From NCBI GenBank assembly GCA_040752415.1, contig JBFMGU010000093.1, forward strand, positions 1-37,258: 37,258 nucleotides of DNA, written 5' to 3'. Under the pieces are notes generated by a model. That model worked only from the letters and a program-made list of their open reading frames with translations. It was not told the origin of the DNA and did not search any database. Shown here in pieces: positions 1-9,812 of the stretch. The DNA comes from Myxococcota bacterium (GTDB taxonomy: Bacteria > Myxococcota > JACRCW01). How positions within the stretch are numbered: the stretch's first letter is position 1; every line of letters begins with the position of its first letter. The translations under genes were made by a program, and so were the position numbers.

Positions 1-9
1 GCACCTTTG

Positions 10-36
10 GGAGTGCGGTCTGAAATACCGCTTTGG
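10..36. repeat. Single REP-like palindrome GGAGTGCGGT-N7-ACCGCTTTGG
   Basis: GCGGT/ACCGC stem; same GGAGTGCGG...CCGC(T/C)(T/C)TGG layout as the hairpins inside the 799-1067 element. Confidence 0.5.
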
Positions 37-99
37 CTCGGGCTGTCCGGGCTCACCGGAGCTCCTCCACATATGTGCAAGAACTTCTGGCCAGGTACT

Positions 100-315
100 T
101 AGGCGTTTCCACGTCGTGATAGCGGCCAAAGCGGAAGGAAATGCCTAGCCCGGGGCCGACGGAGCCACGCCGTCACCCCCAACGTCACCCATGCAAGCGG
201 GTATGTGCGTCCTGAGCATCCTTCTTGGACACGGTGGTTCACTCGAGGAAGATTCTTGGCCCCCGGCCAGGCATTTCCTTCCGCTTTGGCCGCTATCACG
301 ACGTGGAAATGCCTA
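100..315. repeat. Inverted-repeat element 1 (58-bp arms, 100-bp spacer), MITE/REPIN-like
   Basis: 100-157 is the reverse complement of 258-315 with 3 mismatches; starts and ends with TA; each arm has its own AGGCRTTTCC...GGAAATGCCT inverted pair. Confidence 0.9.
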
Positions 316-411
316 GCCCCTACGGCTGCGGCGCCGGCTCACGCCCTGGATACTGGCAGCGGGAGTCCTCCCCGGCCCTTGCCGTGACGACGTCGGGTGA
401 CCAGATAGTAC

Positions 412-768
412 TACAGCGGTTCCCGTTCGGGTTGACCGTGGTTCCGTCGCGGGGAACGGACCGGCGGCTCAAGCCGCGTCTGGAAAGGCACCAAGCCTTG
501 CCTCGCGTCCCGCCTGCCAAATTGGGCCGCGCAAGGCTCTGCGTTGGTGGCGTTGGGGAACGTGGTTCGCAGCATCCAGGTTTGTGACGAGGCCGCCGAA
601 ACGTCACATTCTCAAGCCACGCACCCTATGTCGCCAACGCAGAGCCTTGCGCGGCCCAATGAGGCAGGCGGGATGCGAGGCAAGGCTTGGTGCCTTTCCA
701 GACGCGGCTTGAGCCGCCGGTCCGCTCCCCGCGACGGAACCACGTCAACCCGAACGGGAACCGCTGTA
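412..768. repeat. Inverted-repeat element 2 (~136-bp arms), MITE-like with TA ends
   Basis: 412-547 vs reverse complement of 634-768: 4 mismatches and 1 indel; ends TACAGCGGTT...AACCGCTGTA; spacer also self-pairs (TGTGACG/CGTCACA, CGTGGTT/AGCCACG). Confidence 0.92.
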
Positions 769-773
769 AGAGG

Positions 774-1094
774 CCAGCAGGAAGTCAGGGGCTGCGCAAG
801 AACAAGACGCCCACCGGCATTGCAGACGTCGTGAGCGCACCACGACCTGGAGTCCGGCGGGCCCTCGCCGCCCTGGTCAGCGCCGAGCAGGTTCCCCATC
901 CGACCATCCACCAGGGCGCAGCCACGGAGCATTCCCCGTCGTCGTTCGCCGGGCACCCCGACCGCCACTGAGGACGCACGCGGCGCTGGCCAGGGCGGCG
1001 AGGGCCCGCCGCACTCCAGGTCCTGGCCCGCTCACGACGTCTGCAATGCCGGTGGATGTCTTGTTCTGACGCGGCGCCCAGAAGTCCGCGCTGG
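774..1094. repeat. Inverted-repeat element 3 (87-bp core arms, 95-bp spacer), REP-doublet-like
   Basis: 799-885 vs reverse complement of 981-1067: 7 mismatches; degenerate extension to 774/1094; arms carry a GGAGT(G/C)CGGCG-GGCCCT-CGCCG-CCCTGG hairpin. Confidence 0.88.
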
Positions 1095-1099
1095 ACTGG

Positions 1100-2245
1100 T
1101 CAGCCCTTCAACAGCTCGCGCGCAATGACCAGGTGCTGAATCTCGCTGGTCCCCTCGTAGATGCGCAGCGCGCGGATCTCCCGGTACAGCCGCTCCACCG
1201 CGCTTCCCTGCACCACCCCGTCGCCACCGTGCAGCTGCACGCCGTCGTCGATGATCCGCTGCGCGGACTCCGTGGCGTAGAGCTTGGCCTGACTCACCAC
1301 GAGCGTGGCGGGCATCCCGGCATCCAACGTGGCGCACGCGCGCGCGGTGAGCAGCTGCGCCGCCGCCAGCTCCGTGGCCATGCGCGCCAGCTTCTCCTGC
1401 ACCAGCTGCTGCTCGCTCAGCGCCTTGCCAAACTGCTTGCGCGTGCTGGTGCGCGTGAGGCTCTCGTCCAGGGCCCGGCGCGCCATGCCGCACGCCGCCG
1501 CCGCCACCGTGGGCCGACAGTGATCCAGCGTGCGCAGCGCAATGCGCATCCCCTCGCCCTCGTCGCCAAGGCGGTCCGCTACCGGGACGCGCACGTCGTG
1601 GAAGTGCACCTCCCCCAGCGGGTGCGGCGCCATGGGCTTCTGCGGGCGCACCGTGAGGCCGGGGCTGTCCTTGCGCACCACCAGCGCGGTGAGGCCCTTG
1701 CCGCCCGTGTCCGCCGTCCGCGCGAACACGCAGAAGAAATCCGCCAGCGTGGCCTGGGAGATGAACTTCTTCTGGCCGTTCAGCACGTAGTGGTCACCGT
1801 CGCGCACCGCGCGCGTGGAGATGGCGGCCACGTCGCTGCCGGCCTCCGGTTCCGTCAGCGCAAACGCGGCAATGGCCTTGCCCTCGGCCACCAACGGAAG
1901 CCACGCGTCCCGCTGCGCCTGTGACCCCGCCAGCGAGATGGGACCCGCGCCCAGCGCCTGCATGATGAACACCAGGTCCGCCAGGCCGCTCCCGTAGGCC
2001 AGCGTGTCGCGGATGACGGCCATGGCACGCACGTCCAGGGTTGCGCGCGTCTCCACCACGCGACCTCCCGCGGCGGCGGGCACGCAGAAGCGCAAGAGTC
2101 CCGCGCTGGCCTGGGCGCGGAGGAGCTGGCGCGCGTCGTCGTCGGACTCCGCGTGCTGGTGGGGGAGCACGTGCTGGTGCAGGAAGGCGTCCACCTCCCG
2201 CGCCAGCGCGCGATGGCCATCCGAGAAGAACGGGCTTTCGGTCAT
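1100..2245 (-). CDS. Acyl-CoA dehydrogenase family protein
   Basis: [33 protein letters not shown] and IYEGTSEIQ motifs; start could be 2245, 2251 or 2260. Confidence 0.95.
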   Translation of the reverse strand: MTESPFFSDGHRALAREVDAFLHQHVLPHQHAESDDDARQLLRAQASAGLLRFCVPAAAGGRVVETRATLDVRAMAVIRDTLAYGSGLADLVFIMQALGAGPISLAGSQAQRDAWLPLVAEGKAIAAFALTEPEAGSDVAAISTRAVRDGDHYVLNGQKKFISQATLADFFCVFARTADTGGKGLTALVVRKDSPGLTVRPQKPMAPHPLGEVHFHDVRVPVADRLGDEGEGMRIALRTLDHCRPTVAAAACGMARRALDESLTRTSTRKQFGKALSEQQLVQEKLARMATELAAAQLLTARACATLDAGMPATLVVSQAKLYATESAQRIIDDGVQLHGGDGVVQGSAVERLYREIRALRIYEGTSEIQHLVIARELLKG

Positions 2246-2374
2246 CCGCATGCGGAGCACATTCCACCTCGGTACCCACGGCGGTCAACGTGCGGTGTCC
2301 TGTTCCGTGACCTCGGGTCGGGTTGATGTCATGCTGACCGGTGGGGCAGGTGGGGGGCTGTTCGAGGTGGCGGC

Positions 2375-3856
2375 ATGATGCGGTGGTGCGGATTGGCGCT
2401 CTTGACGATGTTGGCCGCGTGCCCACGACCCGTGGGACCACCCGCCAGCACGGAGCAGGAAGGGCCATGCACACCGCGTCGCACCGACGTGATCCGCACC
2501 AGCGGCAGCAACAAGGTGGACCTGCTCATCGTCGTCAACTCGCATCCCTCCATGGACCCGGTGCTGCGCAAGCTCCCGGAGCGGCTGGTCACGCAGTCCA
2601 CCGCGGCCATCCCCTCCATCGTCGAGAAGCTGGTGCGGGAGCGGGTGGATTTCCACATTGCCGTGGCGCCCACGCACCTCCGCGGCAAGCTGCTTCCCCT
2701 GCCCGCGCAGGTGCTGCCACGTCGGTGCGAGAGCTGTCGGTACCTGGCCCGCGCGGACTGCATGACGTCGCTGTGCGAGAACGTTCGCAACGACGCGGCG
2801 GGCCTGGTGGACGTGCAGAGCGACAGCGGCGGTGACAACCGGCTCACGGAGACGCTGCGCAATGCGCTGGGCGTCGTGCTGCAGTGTGGCGACCCGTCCC
2901 CGCACACCGACCCGCCGCTGGAGAACGCGGGCTTCTACCGGGAGGATGCGGCGCTGGTGGTCTACATGATCGGCAACGACGCGGACCCGTTCCTGCAGAG
3001 CCAGGCCGGTTACGACGTGGCGCTGCGCACACTGCGCACGCTGAAGGGACCGGGTCGTGAGGATGACGTGGTGCTGGTGGGCCTGAGCGCCGCCAGCCCG
3101 GATGGCCTGCGCGCCGTCCTCGACGACATCCAGAGCGGCGCCAACATTGGCACGCCGGCGGACTTCTGCGACGAGGCGCGCAAGGCGGTGCAGGGCTGCG
3201 GCCGGGCCAGCCTGCAGGATCAGCGGGGAGGGCAGGGGCTGGAGGGGCTCTCGGCGTGCAACGTGGGGCTGGCCGCGGTGCAGCCCGACCCCAACCTGCT
3301 GGCCCTGGCGTGCGACTCCGGCGGCGTCATCTACAACACCTGCGCGGAGAACTGGTCCTCCATCATCAACCGGCGCATCACGTCGGTGATGAGCAACGTC
3401 GGCATCACGCTCAGCCAGCCGGCCAAGGGAACCACCGTGGCGTGTCCAGGCGGGAATGGCTCGGTGTGCGTGGAGATGACGTCGCAGGATGGTCGCGTGA
3501 TGGAGCTTGCGGGCGCGGATGCCACCGTCACCACCGCGGACGGGGCCAGCGTTGTCACCATCAACCGCGCGGCGCAGCCCGGCAGCACCTTCCATGTCAC
3601 CTACGACGTGGCGCAGGGAGATGCGCGCTGCTGCGAGGGCGGGTGCAGCATGGGCGAGCAGTGCAACGAGGTGGGGTTCTGCCAGTTGTCGACGTGCGAA
3701 GGCCCCAAGAGCTGCCCGCCCGACGCGCTGTGCGACCCCGTGACCAGCACGTGCATCCCCAGCAACACCTGCACGCGCCCGGAGCACTGCGTGCATGGCA
3801 CCACCTGCGACTGCACCACGTCCCGCTGTGTGCCCAACCAGGCGGCGTGCCAGTAG
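2375..3856 (+). CDS. Cys-rich lipoprotein with vWA-like N-terminal domain and Cys-rich C-terminal repeats
   Basis: Lipobox LAAC after a hydrophobic stretch; KVDLLIVVNSHPSM resembles the vWA first strand and MIDAS region of myxobacterial lipoproteins; dense C-terminal Cys spacing. Confidence 0.7.
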   Translation: MMRWCGLALLTMLAACPRPVGPPASTEQEGPCTPRRTDVIRTSGSNKVDLLIVVNSHPSMDPVLRKLPERLVTQSTAAIPSIVEKLVRERVDFHIAVAPTHLRGKLLPLPAQVLPRRCESCRYLARADCMTSLCENVRNDAAGLVDVQSDSGGDNRLTETLRNALGVVLQCGDPSPHTDPPLENAGFYREDAALVVYMIGNDADPFLQSQAGYDVALRTLRTLKGPGREDDVVLVGLSAASPDGLRAVLDDIQSGANIGTPADFCDEARKAVQGCGRASLQDQRGGQGLEGLSACNVGLAAVQPDPNLLALACDSGGVIYNTCAENWSSIINRRITSVMSNVGITLSQPAKGTTVACPGGNGSVCVEMTSQDGRVMELAGADATVTTADGASVVTINRAAQPGSTFHVTYDVAQGDARCCEGGCSMGEQCNEVGFCQLSTCEGPKSCPPDALCDPVTSTCIPSNTCTRPEHCVHGTTCDCTTSRCVPNQAACQ

Positions 3857-3865
3857 GCACCCTCG

Positions 3866-4207
3866 TCAGTGTTTGCCGATGATGTCGTGCAGCAGCTCGC
3901 GGCTTTCGTCGTCGAGGTTGATGAACTCCAGCGCCATTCCCGCGGGCACGCCGGCCTCATTGGCCTCCACCACGCGCACCACGCGCGCCAGCCCTTCCAG
4001 CAGCTTCGTGCCGTCGTGCATGAGGACCTGGAAGTAGACCTGGGAGCCCACGGGCCGCGGCTTGTCCGTGCGCATGAACATGCCCCCGGGGCTCACGTTG
4101 AGGGTGCGGTCCTGCGTGAAAGCCTCCAGGGAATCCACGCGGTGCTGCACCACCAGGTTCAGGCCGGTGCGCTGGTACTTGCGACGGTTGCCACCCGACG
4201 ACGACAT
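3866..4207 (-). CDS. PilZ domain protein (TIGR02266-like), 113 aa
   Basis: RKYQR (RxxxR) and NVSPGG ((D/N)xSxxG) motifs, GMALEF; ATG at 4207 overlaps the upstream TGA (TGATG). Confidence 0.9.
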   Translation of the reverse strand: MSSSGGNRRKYQRTGLNLVVQHRVDSLEAFTQDRTLNVSPGGMFMRTDKPRPVGSQVYFQVLMHDGTKLLEGLARVVRVVEANEAGVPAGMALEFINLDDESRELLHDIIGKH

Positions 4208-5715
4208 CACTTCCCCTTCCAGTGGCGGATGCGCTCGCGGTCCGGTCCGTAGCGGAACTGCGGCGTGGCCTCCGGCGTGTGGCACTTCAGGCACGTCTCC
4301 TGTCCGGAGGCGCGGCTGATGGTTCCCTTTCCGCCGGCCTGGTCCACGTGCATGCGCCCGGGTCCGTGACACGCCTCGCACTGCACCTCGGCAAAGCCAC
4401 CCATGTGCGCGGGGTCCGCGTAGCCGCCGGGCTGCTTATACCCAGTGCTGTGACAGCCAATGCACTCGCGGTCCAGTTGCTGGTTGGACTTGCGCAGCGA
4501 CGCCATGGCGTGACTGTGGTCCTGCTTCTGCCACGCGTTGTACTGCTCCAGGTGACACGCCTGGCACACCACCGCCCCGACGTAGAGCCCGCCCGGCGGC
4601 AGCTTGCCCACCTCCGCCTTGCCGTTGCCAGACTGCGCGGCCACCTGCGCCTCACGCGCGGCGTTGACGTCGTTGTACTGGGTGACGCGCTTGGCGATGT
4701 CCGCGTCCTCGGGCAGGTATTTCTCCATCCCGGCGAGGTCGTAGTCGGCGAACGAGCTGCGCTCCATCTCCCACAGCGCGGCCTTGGCGCGGTCCGCCTC
4801 CGCGCGCGCGGTGGAGTTGCCGGGATTCTTCTTGAGCTTCTCCTCGGCGGTCTCCAGGGCAAACCGCGGACCGGAGCGCTTCTCTCCGCCGACGAAGGTG
4901 CGATTGCCACCCTTCATGACGGCGCGCAGCTTGCTCACGTACTTGCCGCCCTTGCCGGAGCCGAACACCAGCGTGCTCTCCACCTTGCCACCCGGCCCCA
5001 GCTCGATGGTGCGCGGCTGGAAGAACATCTGGCCACTGTGGCTGCACATGGCAAAGGAGAACACCGGCACCGCGCGCGCCAGGGCACTGGTCTCCTCGAC
5101 GGGAGCGTGCGCCACCAGGATGGCCACGTCGTGCTCCGGGGCGCGCTCCACCGCGGCCTTGAGCGCCGTGGCGGGGTCGGTGGCCTTGATGGGCGCGTCC
5201 TTGGGCCAGCCATTGGGGGAGACCACGCCCACCACCAGCGCGCGGACCCCGCCCACCTGCTTGACGACGTGCGCGGGGAACACTGGCGCGCCGCTGCTTT
5301 CCACGAGGTTGGCGGCGATCACGGGGAGGTTGTGCTTGTGGGCCAGCGCCACGAAGGCCTCGGTGCCTTCCGCCACGTCCAGCTCACCGGGCACGAACGC
5401 ATCCAGGGCGCGAGCGTAGGCGGAGGCAATGATCTCGGCCTTCTCATGCCACTGGACCGCGAGCTCCGACGGGATGGGGACCTCCTTGAAGAGCGCATCT
5501 CCCCCGTCCAGCGCCAACACGGGCCCGCCAGCTCGTTCCTGCTCGATGAACTTCACGTGCCTGGCAAGACCGCCAAGCGGATGCTTCGGTCAGCCGCAGG
5601 GGTTGAGCTCACCTGCGCGGTTGTTGACGTACAGCACCGTGAAGGGTGCCGTGCCGTCCTGCGCAACAGTGAGCCCAAGCGCCAGCAGCGGAAGCATCAG
5701 TGCAGGGAGACGCAT
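4207..5715 (-). CDS. Exported UshA/5'-nucleotidase-like selenoprotein (C-G-U at residues 40-42) fused to a tetraheme c554-type cytochrome, 502 aa
   Basis: ATG at 5715 gives signal peptide MRLPALMLPLLALGLTVA, then TVLYVNNRAGELNPCG-TGA(5592-5590)-PKHPLGGLAR, in frame with the track ORF (DGGD, VIAANL); four CxxCH: CQACH, CIGCH, CEACH, CLKCH; SECIS-like hairpin after the UGA. Confidence 0.88.
5559..5592 (-). promoter_or_regulatory. Sec codon UGA plus bacterial SECIS-like hairpin
   Basis: UGA, 11 nt, then GCUUGGC-[GGUCUU]-GCCAGGC: 7-bp stem with a G-initiated apical loop 18 nt from the UGA. Confidence 0.78.
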
Positions 5716-6047
5716 GGGGCCACCTTAGAGCCCGCGGCCCGGGGCTTCAATTGTGAGGCCGCGTGTCCGACCCGACGCCTGACACGCCGTCTCAAAGACC
5801 CTCAAAGGTGGCGATGCGGGTGTCGGGTCTCCTCGGGGATGGGGCGGGTGGCGCCGGCGGTGTGGTCGAAGAATGCCCTTGAACCACCAGGCCACCATGA
5901 CGGGCCGCCGCGTTGCCAGAACGCGGAAGGCCAAACCTGCCAACGCGGCAACAACTGGCCACCTCAGCGTCAAGCACGCTCACCGGAAATGCACGACGCA
6001 TGACGGACGGAACGAGCTCAAGGACTCCTGATTGGGGCGGTCAGGTG

Positions 6048-7760
<1,713 letters not shown>

Positions 7761-8231
7761 GCTTATTCCGTCCAGGTGACCGTGCCCGGAGGGACCTCAG
7801 TTGTTGGTGTTTCCCACGTACCATTGGTCAGGAAGGGGACGCACCCTACCACCGCCTTGGAGGCCCCAAAATGGCTGGCCACAAGCCGCACCGACAGTGA
7901 ACGGGTGTCCCGGTGCATCTCGATGACGTCGACCCCAACCTCCGTGACGCTTTCCAGGCCGAACGCTCGCCGACGGGGGTGTAGACGATCTCGCTCAAGT
8001 CGCAGTCTTCCTGCCACGGCCTTCCTGCGGGAGCGATTCAAGCTCGTGAGTGGATTGCCACGCAGCACCAAGGTAGTTGCGCGCAACCGGCCGTCCAGAA
8101 GTGGGGTGCGGTTGAATGGGTTCGACACCATCGACAGAGCCAGCGCATCTCGAGGGAGGGCGGATGCATCCCGATGTCGCTGACGTTCACTTCTGCACGT
8201 GCCGACGCGGATACCGCGGAAGAGGCATACG

Positions 8232-8603
8232 ATGAACATCCTGTTGTGGGTCCTGCAGGTCCTCGCGGCGCTCGTGTACAGCGCGTCGGGCGTCATGAAG
8301 GTGTTCATGTTCGACAAGGTAAGTGGGGACGTCCCGTCCTTCGGTGCGTTGCCGCGGGAAGCGTGGATGGCCCTCGGCATCGTCGAACTCGTATGCACGG
8401 TCGGGCTCATCGTCCCCGCCGCGCTCCACTGGCAGCTGTGGCTCACGGTGTTGGCCGCCACCGTCCTGGCGATGGAGAGCCTCGTGTTCATCTGGGTGCA
8501 CGCCAAGTACCGCGAGGTGGGCTCCATCATCTTCAGCGGCGTGCTGGGCTCCCTCATGGCGTGCATCGCGTACGGCCGGATGGTCCTGGAGCCGATGTTC
8601 TGA
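8232..8603 (+). CDS. DoxX-like membrane protein, 123 aa
   Basis: MNILLWVLQVLAALVYSASGVMK, LGIVELVCTVGLIVP, four hydrophobic helices; GAGG RBS upstream. Confidence 0.85.
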   Translation: MNILLWVLQVLAALVYSASGVMKVFMFDKVSGDVPSFGALPREAWMALGIVELVCTVGLIVPAALHWQLWLTVLAATVLAMESLVFIWVHAKYREVGSIIFSGVLGSLMACIAYGRMVLEPMF

Positions 8604-8632
8604 GCCTGGGTTTCGGCCCTGTGACGAGCGGG

Positions 8633-8828
8633 ATTCCCCGGCCCTCCGCGCGGCCTGCTTATGCACGGCAGCGGCAGGGTCACGTGCTCATACGTCGCCC
8701 GCCAGGCCTGGTAGGCCTCGATGCAGTGGACATCGAGCACCGGCCCCTCGGGAAGGCGCACGGCCAGCGACGAGATCGAGCTTCCGTCAAGGAGCGTCAC
8801 CCGCACGTCGTCGCCGTCCACGCGCTCC
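8633..8828 (-). pseudogene. Internal fragment of the ATP-grasp gene (diverged copy of 12127-12323)
   Basis: About 86% nt identity by eye; encodes ERVDGDDVRVTLLDG..ISSLAVRLPEGPVLD; 1-bp frameshift; matches only the internal part of the gene. Confidence 0.88.
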
Positions 8829-8975
8829 CGCTCGAGGCCGGCACCGAGAGTCGCCACGAGTGTCGTCGTGCCCAGGAGCATTTCATCTTGAAATCCGACG
8901 GTGTCTCGTCCTTCGACGCTCGCACAGCTCATCGGCGAACTCTGATAGCGTCACGCAAATCCAGGAGGACGTCCG

Positions 8976-9587
8976 ATGGCATCCAAGAAGTCCAAGAAGG
9001 CGAAGCATTACTCCGCCGGCACAAAGCAGGGCCGGCAAAAGCTCATGAGAACGTCGGGCAAGAAGGCTGGGCCCAGTAAGCCGAAGAGCACGACGAGAAA
9101 GACGGCCAAATCCTCGACGAGACGGACAACGCGCCAGGAACGTGGAGCGAAGTCTAAGCTGCCGAGAATGGACAACGTTCTCATCGTCGTTGACGATCTC
9201 GAAGCCGTGAAGGCGTTCTTCATCGAACTGGGCCTGACGCTCGAGGGCGAAACCACGGTCGAAGGGCCTTTGGTCGGCGGCCTGATCGGGCTCAAGGATG
9301 TTCGGGCCACCCTGGCGATGTTGCGGCCTCCGGATGGTCACGGTGGCATTGAGTTGGACAAGTTCCACACGCCGAACGCGATCAGGTTTGGGCCGGTGGA
9401 CGCGCCGGTGAACGCGCTGGGGCTTCGTCGCGTCATGTTCGCCGTTCATGACATCGACGAGGTCGTTGCGCGCATGCGCGCCCACGGTGCCGAGCTGATT
9501 GGCGAAATGCAGTACGGGGACGCGTATCGGCTGGCCTACCTCCGCGGGCCAGAAGGCATCATCGTGGGGCTCGCCGAGGAGCTCTGA
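8976..9587 (+). CDS. VOC (glyoxalase/bleomycin-resistance) family protein with Lys/Arg-rich N-terminal extension
   Basis: MDNVLIVVDDLEAVKAFF, IELDKFHTP, GLRRVMFAV, YLRGPEGIIVGLAE; AGGAGG RBS before ATG 8976. Confidence 0.9.
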   Translation: MASKKSKKAKHYSAGTKQGRQKLMRTSGKKAGPSKPKSTTRKTAKSSTRRTTRQERGAKSKLPRMDNVLIVVDDLEAVKAFFIELGLTLEGETTVEGPLVGGLIGLKDVRATLAMLRPPDGHGGIELDKFHTPNAIRFGPVDAPVNALGLRRVMFAVHDIDEVVARMRAHGAELIGEMQYGDAYRLAYLRGPEGIIVGLAEEL

Positions 9588-9638
9588 TTGCTTGAAGGGG
9601 AGGAAGCGAGGCCGGGGGAAAATTTGGGGCGCTCCGCG

Positions 9639-9770
9639 TCATGGACCGCGACGCCAGCCACAAGCCAAGCTGAATCTCGGGACTCCTACCTCGTTGATTT
9701 CGTTGTCCGGGCGGCGGCCGTGCAGGGTCTTGAAAACCTCGGGAGGGACAAAGTCCTCGACGATGCTCAT
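9639..9770 (-). CDS. Possible 43-aa small ORF or gene remnant (MSIVEDFVPPEVFKTLHGRRPDNEINEVG...)
   Basis: Below the track cut-off; first ~26 codons have host-like GC3 bias; starts 42 bp after the radical SAM stop; no clear RBS. Confidence 0.25.
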   Translation of the reverse strand: MSIVEDFVPPEVFKTLHGRRPDNEINEVGVPRFSLACGWRRGP

Positions 9771-9812
9771 GGCGCGGGAGCGGACGAACGGCGTGCCGCC
9801 GTGAAAGGGCGC

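Noticed and set aside
99..979. Short ORFs sharing near-identical peptides (e.g. RRLKPRLERHQALPR)
   Set aside because: Translation of the two arms of inverted repeats, not gene duplicates
1..1094. CRISPR array, or SRP RNA at GGAAGGAA (133-140)
   Set aside because: Repeats are inverted pairs, not direct repeats with spacers; no cas genes; SRP context (CAGG...GGAAGCAG) is absent
5725..5973. 82-aa ORF between rpsA and the selenoprotein gene
   Set aside because: TTG start, weak codon bias, no motif; more likely promoter or UTR
8232..9587. Integron cassettes (DoxX and VOC are cassette-like genes)
   Set aside because: No attC core sites (RYYYAAC...GTTRRRY) seen after either gene and no integrase in the window
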